DNA of 64,000 nt from Candidatus Caldarchaeum sp. GTDB lineage: Archaea > Thermoproteota > Nitrososphaeria_A > Caldarchaeales > Caldarchaeaceae. The stretch is from assembly GCA_038885755.1 (NCBI GenBank), contig JAVZZH010000001.1, forward strand, positions 453,410 through 517,409, given 5' to 3'. The stretch's first letter is position 1, and the number at the start of each line of letters is the position of its first letter. The translations under genes were made by a program, and so were the position numbers. This document shows positions 19,451-29,798 of the stretch, piece by piece. The notes below the pieces were generated by a model. That model saw nothing but the letters and a program-made list of their open reading frames with translations, ran no database searches and was not told where the DNA came from.

Positions 19451-21025
19451 TTAGGCTAGGCAGCGGGCTATCATCTCGTAAGCCCTCTCAGCTCCCAAGT
19501 CCTCGACGACGAAAGTCCCCAACCTAGGCCCGCTGTCCTGTCCCAGAAGTATTCTGTAGAGCTGCTGGAAGAGCTGCTGCGGCTTGAGACCGTGGCGTCT
19601 GGCTGTCTCGAAGACGGCGGCCTGGAGCTGCTCGGCTTCCTTTGCTTGTTTTATCATCTCCGCGACCTCGGCGACTGCTGGTTTCAAGGCTTCGTCGACT
19701 TTTACCTGCTCGACGGACGGCTGGCCGAAGGACTTGTAGTAGTTGATGGCCATGTTTATTCTCTCCAACGCTTGCTCGTCGACTTTGTAGCCGTAGCGTT
19801 CAAGCCTCGACACGATGAAGTCCTTCTCTTTCCCTTCGGGCGCTACGGAGGACAGGAAGACGAGTAGGTTGTAGGGTATGATGTTGGGCCTTTTCGCAGG
19901 CGGGTGCAGGAAATAGGCGTAGACGTAGAGCCCTGTTTTCCTCGGGTCTCCAGTCCCAGAGTAGTGTTGCTGGGCGAGCCGGTCAAGCTCGTTCATCAAC
20001 GCAGGGATTAGCCTGTGGGAAATCACTCTGGTCCCTCTCATTCTTTTGAGAAGAAGCAGTACGAGGCTCTGCGGAGACCCGTATCTGTACCATGCGTGGG
20101 GTGTGAAAACTGAAACTCCTCTGGACTTCGAGATCTTCCTCTTTGATTCGTCGAGGAACAGCTCGTACTGGACATGGTAGGGAGGTGGTCTGTTGAGGAT
20201 GTTTGCACACACCCAGTCGTTGACCTTGACCGAGTCGGCGAGGTCTTTGCCGTACGCTTCGAACCTCACGTCTAGCGCGGCCCATCTAGCCGCCCACTCG
20301 ACCTTCCACGAAAGCTTCCCCTCAGCCTTAGAGACGTCGGCCTCTCCCTCGTAGCCGCAGCCCTGATGCCAGCGCTTCTTGATCTCAACCCCCTTGCATA
20401 CGTAATGGACACGGCCGGTCGAGTGGTCGAAGGATTGTGCCTGAGTGGTGTATATCCTCCCGCATGAACTGCAGAGAGGGAAGTAGGGAAGAATCTGCGT
20501 GAATTTCTTCTGACCCGTTGTCTCAGCTATCTTCTCGCCTATCGTCGTCCAGTTCTTCAGTATGGCGGTGATCTCGTTCTTCAGTGTTCCGTTTCCGTAA
20601 ACTACGTATCCTCTGTACAGCCTAGCCTCAACGCCTGTTTTAGACAGGGCGTCGAGGAGCTGGTCCTCCATGTGGACTGCGTAGGATTCGTGGCATCCGA
20701 AGGGGTCTGGTATGAGGGAGACGGGCTGGAGCAGGTATTTCTCGTAGGATGGAGGTATTTCGGCTGGAACGCTGCGCAATCCATCCATGTCGTCGGCGAA
20801 CTGTATCATCTCCGAGTTGTAGCCGAGGTTTCTCAGCGCGAGCGAAACAGCATAGGCCCTTACCGAGTCAGACATGCTGCCTATGTGGACGAAGCCTGAT
20901 GCGGCGATGCCGGCCTCCGTCCTCAGCAGGCTGAGGTCTCTGCCCAGAGCTTTTTCACGCTCTACGACCTTCCATGCTAGGTTGTCCAGCCACGTACCGA
21001 GGCCTATCAGCTTCCCGTCGCTCAT
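19451..21025 (-). CDS. lysK: Lysyl-tRNA synthetase, class I
   Basis: SGFVHIGSMSD (HIGH-like), KISKSRG (KMSKS-like), Zn-binding CSSCGR...C; 524 aa. Confidence 0.8.
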   Translation of the reverse strand: MSDGKLIGLGTWLDNLAWKVVEREKALGRDLSLLRTEAGIAASGFVHIGSMSDSVRAYAVSLALRNLGYNSEMIQFADDMDGLRSVPAEIPPSYEKYLLQPVSLIPDPFGCHESYAVHMEDQLLDALSKTGVEARLYRGYVVYGNGTLKNEITAILKNWTTIGEKIAETTGQKKFTQILPYFPLCSSCGRIYTTQAQSFDHSTGRVHYVCKGVEIKKRWHQGCGYEGEADVSKAEGKLSWKVEWAARWAALDVRFEAYGKDLADSVKVNDWVCANILNRPPPYHVQYELFLDESKRKISKSRGVSVFTPHAWYRYGSPQSLVLLLLKRMRGTRVISHRLIPALMNELDRLAQQHYSGTGDPRKTGLYVYAYFLHPPAKRPNIIPYNLLVFLSSVAPEGKEKDFIVSRLERYGYKVDEQALERINMAINYYKSFGQPSVEQVKVDEALKPAVAEVAEMIKQAKEAEQLQAAVFETARRHGLKPQQLFQQLYRILLGQDSGPRLGTFVVEDLGAERAYEMIARCLA

Positions 21026-21053
21026 TACCCGCAGAAAATCCTCAAGCTATTTG

Positions 21054-21920
21054 TTATACCTTAACAGCTTTCACGCAACGGACTTTATCTACGTATTGTG
21101 GTCTGAACCCTGCTCTCCTCAACCTCTCCATCACCCCGACGTAGACCCTCTGGCCACGGGTCGAACCCGGCTGGCCGACGTAATGAACCAAGCAACCCCC
21201 CTTCTTGAGGACGCCGGCGACCATGCGGTAGAACTCGAGGGAGTACAGCTCTCCAACCATTCTAATGGTCGGAGGGTCGTGGACGACGCAGTCGAAAGTT
21301 TCGCTGCATCTGGAGAGAAAGTCGAATGCGTCGGCGTTGACGACCTCTATTCTTTCGTCGCTGAACAAAGCTTTGGACCATGGGTTGTAGGAGGCCATCT
21401 TGAGCACGTTGATGTCTTTCTCCACGGTTATGACCCGTGCGACGCCTCTTTTCAGCAAAGCCGTCGAAGTGTAGCCCAGACCTGTGCAGATATCAAGAAC
21501 AGACTTGTTCTTGAGGTTTGCGAATAGCTGGACCTTCTGGGCGGCGTCCACCTCTGGCGGCACGTCCACCGTTCGGTGCATTCTTATTCCGTCAATCTCG
21601 ACAGTCGGTGCGTGGCCCCATCTTGGGAGGACTAGGCGGTAGTATCGCTGGTCGAACCAGCTTAGCCGACGTATTTTCTTTCCGACAACGTAGACGTCTT
21701 CAGGACTCTCAGCGATCCTCTCCACATCATTCCAGCCGACGGAGACGTCTTTCAGAACCAAGCCCTCAGGGGTCAGCTTGCAAACAGTCCTCGACAGCCC
21801 AAGGTCAAGCGAGATTAAAGCCTCCGTTGCTGAAGACCTCAGCCCGACGATCCGTCTCGCCTCCCACCCAGCCAAGAGCTTCAGCTTCCTCGGCTTCAGC
21901 AACAACAGCTCGTCGAGCAC
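21054..21920 (-). CDS. Class I SAM-dependent methyltransferase (archaeal COG2521-like)
   Basis: VLDICTGLGYTSTALLKRG (motif I), ITVEKD and VVHDPPT. GTG start. Confidence 0.7.
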   Translation of the reverse strand: MLDELLLLKPRKLKLLAGWEARRIVGLRSSATEALISLDLGLSRTVCKLTPEGLVLKDVSVGWNDVERIAESPEDVYVVGKKIRRLSWFDQRYYRLVLPRWGHAPTVEIDGIRMHRTVDVPPEVDAAQKVQLFANLKNKSVLDICTGLGYTSTALLKRGVARVITVEKDINVLKMASYNPWSKALFSDERIEVVNADAFDFLSRCSETFDCVVHDPPTIRMVGELYSLEFYRMVAGVLKKGGCLVHYVGQPGSTRGQRVYVGVMERLRRAGFRPQYVDKVRCVKAVKV

Positions 21921-21938
21921 ATCCCTATATAAACGGGT

Positions 21939-22760
21939 ATGGGCAGCGTTGCAGGGTTGAAGGCTGTCATCCTAGTCTCATCGGAGGACGTCGCCGCGAT
22001 GAACGTCTTCAAAGTTCTGAGGGAGCTTCATGGATTCGAGCAGGGAACGCAGGCGTCTCTGTACGTGGGCGGCGGGGTTGAAGCCCGTGTAATCGACCAG
22101 CCAGCTCTCTATGCAGACCAATACATCGGTGAGACTGCCGCCGACCTCATCGTAGTTGCCTCCCGCCATGTCTCGGAGTCAGGTCGTCGCTGCCTGCTGG
22201 TTCATTCTACCGGAAACTGGAGGGATAGGGCTGAGTTCGGCGGCCTCCCGTCAAAGCTCTCGATGACCTCCGCCAGAGCAGTTTACACAGCTGTTCATGC
22301 ATTACGCTCATCCGCGGAGGAGCTCGGGCTGCGTGATGTAGTCGTCGGGCTTGAGGCCACCCACCACGGACCGTACTCGGAGAAGCCTCTCGTCTTCGTC
22401 GAGATAGGTTCTTCACCGGAAAGCTGGAGAGACCAACGAATGGCCGAGGCTGCGGCGGACGCCTGCCTAAAGCTCTGCAGAAACAAAGGCAACCCCCCAG
22501 AGTCGTACGCCGTAGGGTTCGGAGGAGGACATTATGCCCCAAACTTCCTAACGCCGGTCTTCGAAGGCAGGTACGCCGTCGGCCACATCGCCTCCAAGCA
22601 CGTCTTCCCGCTGACCGAGGACCTCGTCGAACAAGCTTTCTCGAAGACCGTTGAAAAGCCGAGGACGGCTCTGGTTGACTGGGACGGGCTCAAGTCCGAC
22701 CATCGTCAAGCACTCCTGAAAACTCTGGCGAGAATGGACGTGGAAGTGGTCAGGGTTTAG
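21939..22760 (+). CDS. dtdA: D-aminoacyl-tRNA deacylase, archaeal DTD2 type
   Basis: 273 aa. N-terminus KAVILVSSEDVAAMNVFKVL, central GLEATHHGP and GGGHYAP. Confidence 0.6.
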   Translation: MGSVAGLKAVILVSSEDVAAMNVFKVLRELHGFEQGTQASLYVGGGVEARVIDQPALYADQYIGETAADLIVVASRHVSESGRRCLLVHSTGNWRDRAEFGGLPSKLSMTSARAVYTAVHALRSSAEELGLRDVVVGLEATHHGPYSEKPLVFVEIGSSPESWRDQRMAEAAADACLKLCRNKGNPPESYAVGFGGGHYAPNFLTPVFEGRYAVGHIASKHVFPLTEDLVEQAFSKTVEKPRTALVDWDGLKSDHRQALLKTLARMDVEVVRV

Positions 22761-22767
22761 CTGGCAA

Positions 22768-23175
22768 GTGTTTATATACCGAAGATCAATAAACAACCAT
22801 GGGTTGCTGCTGCCTGCGGAGATAGAGTCCAAGGTCACGATACCTCTGCTCAGGGCGCTGATCGCCAAGAAGCTTGTCTACGGGAAGAAGTTTACGCAGG
22901 AGCAGGTGGCCAACGTCCTCGGAATAACTCAGGCGGCGGTGAGCAACTACTTGAGGGGCGTCAGAGGCTGGTCCGCCGACTGGGAGAGGAACGAGGAGCT
23001 GAACAAATGGGCTGACGAGGTCATCGAAGCCATTCTTAGGAAGGAGCCGAAGGAGGAGGTGGCTCGGAGGATAAACGCCGCTGTCAAAAGCATTCGTTCG
23101 AACAGGATGCTGTGCGAGATTCACAAAAAGATCGAGCCGGAGATAGACGTCGACTCATGCAAGGTCTGCGACTAG
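22768..23175 (+). CDS. HTH transcriptional regulator with C-terminal Cys/His cluster (stand-alone COG2522-like domain)
   Basis: FTQEQVANVLGITQAAVSNYLRG and MLCEIHKK...DSCKVCD. Same domain layout as the N-terminus of the convergent gene. Confidence 0.6.
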   Translation: MFIYRRSINNHGLLLPAEIESKVTIPLLRALIAKKLVYGKKFTQEQVANVLGITQAAVSNYLRGVRGWSADWERNEELNKWADEVIEAILRKEPKEEVARRINAAVKSIRSNRMLCEIHKKIEPEIDVDSCKVCD

Positions 23176-24107
23176 GGTTGAGCCACACGGCCGACTAGCT
23201 TCAGCACTATCTCAACAACCTCTTCGGGTGTTTTTCCAAAGATGTAGGTTATCGGCTCGTACCCAACCCCTCCTCCGTGCAGAACCGCCCTACATTCACC
23301 GCCCTCCAAGCACCTCTTGACGTCGTCCAGAATGTCCTGCTCGGTCAGAGGCCTGGCTCGAGGCTCTACCGAGGCAGTCTGAACCCCGAGGCCCTTCAAC
23401 GCCTCCTCAACCTCCGGGCTGTGCTTGATGTTTATAGCTGACCTTATCGATGGGTCGACTTCCCTTGCGCGCAGGAGGACGCTGGCTAGATGTCTGGAGC
23501 CTCCCAAAGTAGGACGCCCTACTGACTTGACGCGTTTGTTGACGGACACGATCCTGCCGGCCACTCCGGCGACCTCGTTGACCGAAACGGCGTTCTTCAA
23601 ACTGTACACCAAGTTTGAGCCAACCTCCGGGATCAGCCTGTATACGCCCGGAGATTCTTCCAGCCGTTTGACAGCTCTCTCCAGCTTCCTGAGAACGTTC
23701 ATCCTGTCCCCGTCTACCATAGCATCGGCATCATGGCTCATGCATATCTCGCAGTCAGCCAGCTGTGGATAGATACTCCTGTGGAAGGCGCAGAGCCTGC
23801 CCTCCGATAGAAGAGAACGCCAGTAGGAATAAAGCACGCCAGCCGCGTGGGCGGGGCTCTCATGAAGAACGTCGACGAGCGTGTCCACGAGCATCAAAGC
23901 CTCGCCCCTCTCCACACCCATGTCCTCAAGAACCCTGAAATACTTCTCCTCCCCCTTGGCGAGAATCTGGCTCACCGCCGGCTGAGTCGTGCCCACAAGC
24001 CTGGCTATCGTGGGCTGTCCAACCCCCTTCCGCCTGAGCCGGTGGACTACGATGCCCCTGACGGCTGGCAGGAAGAACTTCGCCATCATCTCGCACGGCG
24101 GGAACAT
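23172..24107 (-). CDS. thiR: HTH domain fused to a ThiN-like domain (ThiR-type thiamine regulator candidate)
   Basis: N-terminus GQPTIARLVGTTQPAVSQIL and LCAFHRS...ADCEICMS. C-terminal half LIPEVGSNLVY...VAGRIV...GGSRHLASVLL...AINIKH matches what I recall of the ThiN fold. Confidence 0.55.
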   Translation of the reverse strand: MFPPCEMMAKFFLPAVRGIVVHRLRRKGVGQPTIARLVGTTQPAVSQILAKGEEKYFRVLEDMGVERGEALMLVDTLVDVLHESPAHAAGVLYSYWRSLLSEGRLCAFHRSIYPQLADCEICMSHDADAMVDGDRMNVLRKLERAVKRLEESPGVYRLIPEVGSNLVYSLKNAVSVNEVAGVAGRIVSVNKRVKSVGRPTLGGSRHLASVLLRAREVDPSIRSAINIKHSPEVEEALKGLGVQTASVEPRARPLTEQDILDDVKRCLEGGECRAVLHGGGVGYEPITYIFGKTPEEVVEIVLKLVGRVAQP

Positions 24108-24128
24108 GTATGAACGGGTGGACGGATG

Positions 24129-24136
24129 TTTATAAA
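24129..24136. promoter_or_regulatory. Palindromic TATA box TTTATAAA shared by divergent genes
   Basis: It is the only AT-rich element in the 52-bp spacer. Its centre is about 26 nt from both start codons (24107 minus, 24160 plus). Confidence 0.45.
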
Positions 24137-24159
24137 CAGGAGCCGGCCGGGTTCTGACG

Positions 24160-25194
24160 ATGGAGAAACACGAGATGGAGCTGCCCCGCTATGTCGTAGT
24201 TGGGAGGGGGTTGGAGTATGTTCTGGCGGAGCGGTTGTTGAAGAACGGTTTCAGGAAGGTTTTGATGACTACTAGCAGGACGCCCTACAGGATTTACGGC
24301 CGTAAGATCGTTGAAGCTTGCGGCGGTGATGTCGAGGTTGAGACGCTGGTCGTCGACGACGTGGTTGAGGAGTTTGAAGACGCTGTCAGGCGTGCTAGGC
24401 AGGCTGACGTCGTTCTGGGCGTGGGCGGAGGCAGGGTCGGCGACGTCTCGAAAACCCTTGCCGAGGTCTCTGGAAAGCCGTTCTTCAGCGCTCCGACTGT
24501 CGCGTCCCACGACGGCATAGCGAGCCCTATGACATCCTTCAGACGGGACGGGCAAGCCTACTCAAGGAAGTCGGTAATGCCCTCCGAGGTGTTCGCGGAC
24601 ATGGACGTCATCAGCCTCGCTCCCCGGAGATACTTGCTGAGCGGCTGCGGCGACTTGGTTGCCAAGCAGAGCGCTGTGAGAGACTGGTGGCTGTCGCACA
24701 GGGTCTCGGGCGAGTACTACGGCAGGTATGCGGCTCATCTGGCTTACCTGAGCTCCACCGTCGTCATGAAATCGACGAAGCTAGTTGCGGAGGGTTCGAT
24801 GGAGGGGGTTAGGACGGTTGTCGAGGCGTTGATAAGCGCTGGAGTAGCCATGGGGGTTGCTGGAAGCAGCAGGCCCTGCAGCGGAAGCGAGCACCTCATA
24901 GCGCATTCACTCGAGATGCTTATGGAAAAGCCTGCTCTGCACGGCGAGCGATGCGGTGTAGCGACCATATTCACATCCTACCTGCAGCGTGGCAGGTGGA
25001 GGAGGATTCGGGAAAGCCTAGCAGCCATGGGAGCCCACCACAAGCTAGAACACATAAACGTCGACGCAGACCTGTTCGTCGAAGCCGTTCATCGAGCCCC
25101 CGAGATACGTAGGGAAAGATACACCATCCTCCACCACCTCAAACCAACAAGAAAGGATGTCCTGAAGGCCTTGGAGGAGACGGAGCTAGTCTAG
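24160..25194 (+). CDS. egsA: sn-glycerol-1-phosphate dehydrogenase
   Basis: Fe-ADH/dehydroquinate-synthase-like fold; GVGGGRVGDVSK, ASHDGIASP and His cluster SEHLIAHS..HG; 344 aa. Confidence 0.75.
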   Translation: MEKHEMELPRYVVVGRGLEYVLAERLLKNGFRKVLMTTSRTPYRIYGRKIVEACGGDVEVETLVVDDVVEEFEDAVRRARQADVVLGVGGGRVGDVSKTLAEVSGKPFFSAPTVASHDGIASPMTSFRRDGQAYSRKSVMPSEVFADMDVISLAPRRYLLSGCGDLVAKQSAVRDWWLSHRVSGEYYGRYAAHLAYLSSTVVMKSTKLVAEGSMEGVRTVVEALISAGVAMGVAGSSRPCSGSEHLIAHSLEMLMEKPALHGERCGVATIFTSYLQRGRWRRIRESLAAMGAHHKLEHINVDADLFVEAVHRAPEIRRERYTILHHLKPTRKDVLKALEETELV

Positions 25195-25199
25195 TATAA

Positions 25200-26627
25200 A
25201 TGATGGCGGGACCTTTTATATCCATGGCTCTGAGGTCTGAGTTCGACACGCTTGGGGAGATGAAGGTTCCTGCAGAAGCGCTGTACGGAGCGCAGACGGC
25301 CCGGGCTGTTGAAAACTTTCCCATCTCCCGGTATAGGTTTCAGAGAGCTTTCATCAAGGCTCTCGGACTAATCAAGCATGCTGCAGCGGAGGCGAACATG
25401 GCTCTGGGGTTGCTGGACAAGAGGATAGGGGAGGCTATTTCGAAGGCGGCTTTGGAGGTTGCGGAAGGTCTTCACGACAAGGAGTTTGTGGTGGATGTTT
25501 TCCAAACCGGCTCCGGCACGTCGACGAACATGAACGCGAACGAGGTGATAGCCAACAGGGCCCTCGAGATACTGGGAGCCAGCAGAGGAGACAAAAAACT
25601 CATCCATCCCAACGACCACGTCAACATGGGCCAGTCAACCAACGACGTGATACCAACAGCCATAAACATCGCGGCAGCCACGCTCATCAGGGAAAAACTC
25701 CTCAAATCCCTCGACCTCCTAGAATCCACGCTCGCCAAGAAGGCCGAGGAATACAGGGACGTCGTCAAGCCTGGCAGGACGCATTTCCAAGACGCCGTCC
25801 CCATGACCTTCGGCCAGGAATTTTCAGGATACGCGGCGATGATAAAGAAAAGCCGTCAGAGAGTTTTGAAGGCTTTCGACAGTCTTCTCGAGCTCCCGAT
25901 AGGGGGGACGGCTGTGGGCACAGGCCTCAACGCTCATCCAGAGTTTGCGAAACTCGTCGTCGACAGGCTCCGGGAGATGACGGGCATCGATTTCCGTGTC
26001 GCTGAAAACCGTTTCGAGGCGATGGGCAGTAGAGACTGTTGCCTTGAAGCCTCCGCGTCCTTCAGAAGCGTCGCCGTCTCTCTGCTGAAGATATGCAACG
26101 ACCTTCGAATCCTATCCTCAGGACCCAACACAGGCATCAACGAGATAGAGCTTCCCGCTGTCCAGCCAGGGTCTTCCATAATGCCTGGAAAAGTAAACCC
26201 CGTCATCGTCGAGTCGGCGATGCTCGCAGCCGCTCAAGTAATCGGATACGACAGAGCCGTGGAGGAGGCTTGCAGGCTGGGCGAGCTTGAGCTGAACATG
26301 GGTCTCCCGCTGATAGCTTATGACTTGATTGAACAAGTCGAAATACTTTCAAACACCTGCACAAACCTGGCCCTTAAATGCGTGGCAGGCATCAAGGTGA
26401 ACATCGAGAGGGCGAGGGCGCTTGCAGAGTCGAGCCCAGCGCTGGTGACGGTGGTGGCTCCCGTGATAGGCTACGACGCCGCCGCCAAAGCTGCGAAGAA
26501 GATGCTGGCCGAGAACAAGTCAATCAAGCAGGTTCTCCTCGAAGAAGGCATACTAAGCCGAGAAGAAGTCGAGAAAGTGTTGGACTTGCTGAAGATAAGC
26601 AGGGGAGGCATCATAGGCGGAGCATAG
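25200..26627 (+). CDS. fumC: Class II fumarate hydratase (aspartase/fumarase superfamily)
   Basis: [15 protein letters not shown] and signature [17 protein letters not shown] favours fumarase over aspartase, but not conclusively. Confidence 0.7.
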   Translation: MMAGPFISMALRSEFDTLGEMKVPAEALYGAQTARAVENFPISRYRFQRAFIKALGLIKHAAAEANMALGLLDKRIGEAISKAALEVAEGLHDKEFVVDVFQTGSGTSTNMNANEVIANRALEILGASRGDKKLIHPNDHVNMGQSTNDVIPTAINIAAATLIREKLLKSLDLLESTLAKKAEEYRDVVKPGRTHFQDAVPMTFGQEFSGYAAMIKKSRQRVLKAFDSLLELPIGGTAVGTGLNAHPEFAKLVVDRLREMTGIDFRVAENRFEAMGSRDCCLEASASFRSVAVSLLKICNDLRILSSGPNTGINEIELPAVQPGSSIMPGKVNPVIVESAMLAAAQVIGYDRAVEEACRLGELELNMGLPLIAYDLIEQVEILSNTCTNLALKCVAGIKVNIERARALAESSPALVTVVAPVIGYDAAAKAAKKMLAENKSIKQVLLEEGILSREEVEKVLDLLKISRGGIIGGA

Positions 26628-27816
26628 CGGGCTTCAGCTGACCCTTAGTCTCGTTCAACTGCCTGAGCACGTAGCTCCGAACATCCCTTGGAGACGGAGT
26701 CTCCCTCACCACCCTGCCGTTCTCTATCAACGGTGTGAGCAGGGGCCTGACGCTTGACATGCAGACAGGACACCTATCGAACACCTTGCTCCACGCCGTA
26801 ACGACGTCGTGATAGTTGGCGCACCTGTATACCTGTTTCCGGCCCGGCAGCTTCCCCCTCTTCGAGAAAGCAACCCCCTCCCGCTCTACTATGTCGAGAG
26901 AAAGGTCTACGGATGGCGGGAACGCAATAGTCGTCCCGACGCCGAAACCGTCAACCAAGTCCCTAAGCTCGCTTATCCTACGCTCGTCCAGCCCCCCGCT
27001 GACAAAAATTTTCACATGCCTGTAGCCGTTTATGTCTAGAGTCCATCTAACCTCCTCCACTATCCGTTTGATGTCTCCTCTCCTCGACCGGGGAGTGTCG
27101 ATCCTGACTCCGTCAAGGTCTTGTCCAAGCGTCTTTGCCGCCTGCAAGGCTTCAAACCTCTCGTCGGAGAAGGTGTCGACGAGAGCTATCCGGGGGACTT
27201 CCGGTGGAGCGGTCTTGTGGAACAGGAGCCAAGCTTTCGCCGCATCGCCAACCGACAGTATCAACGCATGGGGCATGGTTCCCATCGGCTTCAGCCCAGC
27301 CATCTCGGCACCAACAACTCCAGAGACCGCGTCGCAGCCACCTACGTACGCAGCCCTGTCAACCATGGGGGTTATGGCTGGGTGGACGCATCGGATTCCG
27401 AAGAAAAGCACGGGCTTGTCTCCAGCCGTCAGCTTAACCTGAGCAGCCTTCGTAGCTATGCTTGTTGCGTGGCGTAGGAAGCCGAGGATCGACGGCTCGT
27501 AGACGCCGAAATCGCCGTACCTCCCCTCGACGCTGAGAACGGGCATCATCTCCGTGAACAAAGTTCCCTCCTCGACAGCGTAGACGTTGACAGGAAGGCC
27601 CTCCATCAGCCAGGCAACCTCCTCCAACCCCGCCAGCACAGCCCAGCCAGCTCCCTCGGGCAAGGAGTAGGAGTGAACCTCGGCGACGACCCTGACGTTG
27701 AACTCCTCAGACTGCTCCATCACCGCCTTCGCTCTCCTGAAATAGATGTCGGTCGAGTAGCCGCTCTTTATCATCTCATCGTCGGCTACATACGGGAGAG
27801 GCCTTGTCCTTTTCAT
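26611..27816 (-). CDS. pncB: Nicotinate phosphoribosyltransferase (archaeal type)
   Basis: [12 protein letters not shown]-terminus, type II PRTase barrel and C-terminal Zn ribbon (C..H...CPVC). 4-nt overlap with pncA. Confidence 0.75.
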   Translation of the reverse strand: MKRTRPLPYVADDEMIKSGYSTDIYFRRAKAVMEQSEEFNVRVVAEVHSYSLPEGAGWAVLAGLEEVAWLMEGLPVNVYAVEEGTLFTEMMPVLSVEGRYGDFGVYEPSILGFLRHATSIATKAAQVKLTAGDKPVLFFGIRCVHPAITPMVDRAAYVGGCDAVSGVVGAEMAGLKPMGTMPHALILSVGDAAKAWLLFHKTAPPEVPRIALVDTFSDERFEALQAAKTLGQDLDGVRIDTPRSRRGDIKRIVEEVRWTLDINGYRHVKIFVSGGLDERRISELRDLVDGFGVGTTIAFPPSVDLSLDIVEREGVAFSKRGKLPGRKQVYRCANYHDVVTAWSKVFDRCPVCMSSVRPLLTPLIENGRVVRETPSPRDVRSYVLRQLNETKGQLKPAMLRL

Positions 27817-28400
27817 ACCATTTCAACTAGGTCCGACCGGGTTAGAGTCCCCCGGTAGAGGAAAGTTATCTGCCTGAAGGCAGCCTTCAAGTCGAACTCC
27901 GTGAGGGCTGAAACGCAGTCTACAGGTACGAATATCTTGATCCAGCGGAGGGCGGCGCTTCCAGCAGTGTGGAGGACGCAGATGTTGGCGACAGTTCCGA
28001 CGACCAAGAGGTTCTTGACGCCGTGCATGGAGAGGTAGTGGTCTAAAGCCGTTCCGTAGAACCCGTCGTACCTCAGCTTCTTCACGACAACGTCTCCCGG
28101 GGAAGGCTTCAGCTCGTCGACTATTTCAGCACCCCAGGTTCCAGCCAAGGCGTGAACCCCCCATATCGAGAACTCGGGGTCATCCTTGTCATGCCAGTCT
28201 TGAGTGTAGAAAACCCTGGCCCCCGACTTTCTAGCCTTGTCCAACAGGCTGCGTATGCGTGGAATCGTCTCCGGCGAGGATGGGACGAACAGACTGCCTT
28301 TAGGGTGGCAGAAGTCATTCTGCATGTCGACGACGACCACCGCCGTGTCGGCTCTGCTAAGCCTCACGGGCACGGGTTCGGGGACGACGAACTCCACCAT
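27813..28400 (-). CDS. pncA: Nicotinamidase/isochorismatase family hydrolase
   Basis: [20 protein letters not shown] and catalytic Cys in VANICVLHT. Confidence 0.8.
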   Translation of the reverse strand: MVEFVVPEPVPVRLSRADTAVVVVDMQNDFCHPKGSLFVPSSPETIPRIRSLLDKARKSGARVFYTQDWHDKDDPEFSIWGVHALAGTWGAEIVDELKPSPGDVVVKKLRYDGFYGTALDHYLSMHGVKNLLVVGTVANICVLHTAGSAALRWIKIFVPVDCVSALTEFDLKAAFRQITFLYRGTLTRSDLVEMV

Positions 28401-28457
28401 ACCGGTCTGAACTTGTGATAACCTAAAATAATAAGCTTCGTCTCAGAACCATACGGT

Positions 28458-29798
28458 TTGGAAGACGCTCTGGCAAGAGTCAACAAACACGTGAACGATG
28501 AGAGGAATTATTTCATGTCGATGCTCTCCGACCTCGTCGCCCTCCGCAGCGTCTCAGCAAGGAACGAAGGATTGAACGAATCCGTCGCCTATCTTGAGAA
28601 GCTTCTCGAGAACCATGGGTTCACGGTCTCAGTCCTTGAGACGAAAACCGGCAGGCCTGCGGTCTACGCCGAGCTGAGGGGAGGAAAGAGGTCTCTGCTG
28701 CTCTACAACCACTACGACGTACAGCCACCCGAACCCCTCGAGGAATGGAGGACGGACCCTTTCAAACTGGTTGAGAGGGATGGGGTGTTGTACGGAAGGG
28801 GTGTCGCGGACAACAAGGCTGAGATTATCGCAAGGCTGGGGGCTGTGAGGGTTGTTGAGAAGGTTTTGGGCGAGACGCCTATAACGGTCAAGTGGTTGTT
28901 GGAGGGAGAGGAAGAGGTAGGCAGCCCATCTATACAGGAGCTTGTAGCGCAAAACCTTCACCGTTTCAGGGACGTAGTCGGATGTATGTGGGAGGGAGGA
29001 GAGGTTGTCGACGACGTCCCAACCTTCTACCTAGGTGTGAAGGGAATGCTCTACGTCGAGCTCAGGCTGAGGACCAGTGAGGCCGACGCACACTCGATGT
29101 ATTCTCCGGTGATTGAAAACGCCGCCGAGAAGCTCGCTAGGCTGGTTTTGAGCCTCAAAGACAGGAACGGCCGGATAACTATTCCCGGGTTCTACGACGA
29201 CGTGCTCAAGCCGACTAAGCGTGAAAGGCTTATGATGAAAGCTGCCAGAATCTCGCCGGCACAGCTAGCTGCTGCGCTCGGGGTGAAGAAGCTCACAGCC
29301 CGGAGACATGAGGTCGTCGAGAAGCTTGTTTTCCAGCCGACATGCAACATAGCGGGATTCGTATCCGGCTACACGGGCCCCGGCTCCAAAACAATCACTC
29401 CTTCGACATCATCGGTCAAGATAGATTTCAGGCTCGTCCCAAACCAAGACCCTGACAAGATCTTGAGGAGCTTGAGGAAAATCCTGCCCGGCGTCGAGAT
29501 AGTCGTCCACTCCAAAGCTCATCCAGCTAGGACAAGCCCCGACGAGCCCTTGGTGAAGGCTGCCATGAGGGCGGCGGAGAAAGTATACGGCAGGAAGCCA
29601 GTCCTGCTACCCAACATGTTTGGAACAGGACCTCTATACCACTTCAAGAAAGCCGGAATACCGACTGCCATGCTATCGTCCCTAGCCCATCCCGGGTCGA
29701 GGCTGCATGCACCCAACGAGAACATCTACGTGAACCACTTCCTCAAGTCGGTTGCCCATCACTCGCTAGTCTTCATAGAAGCTGGCGGGCAAGCTTGA
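28458..29798 (+). CDS. M20 family metallopeptidase (dipeptidase/ArgE/DapE-like)
   Basis: LLLYNHYDVQP, GRGVADNKAE and EGEEEVGS. Confidence 0.8.
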   Translation: MEDALARVNKHVNDERNYFMSMLSDLVALRSVSARNEGLNESVAYLEKLLENHGFTVSVLETKTGRPAVYAELRGGKRSLLLYNHYDVQPPEPLEEWRTDPFKLVERDGVLYGRGVADNKAEIIARLGAVRVVEKVLGETPITVKWLLEGEEEVGSPSIQELVAQNLHRFRDVVGCMWEGGEVVDDVPTFYLGVKGMLYVELRLRTSEADAHSMYSPVIENAAEKLARLVLSLKDRNGRITIPGFYDDVLKPTKRERLMMKAARISPAQLAAALGVKKLTARRHEVVEKLVFQPTCNIAGFVSGYTGPGSKTITPSTSSVKIDFRLVPNQDPDKILRSLRKILPGVEIVVHSKAHPARTSPDEPLVKAAMRAAEKVYGRKPVLLPNMFGTGPLYHFKKAGIPTAMLSSLAHPGSRLHAPNENIYVNHFLKSVAHHSLVFIEAGGQA

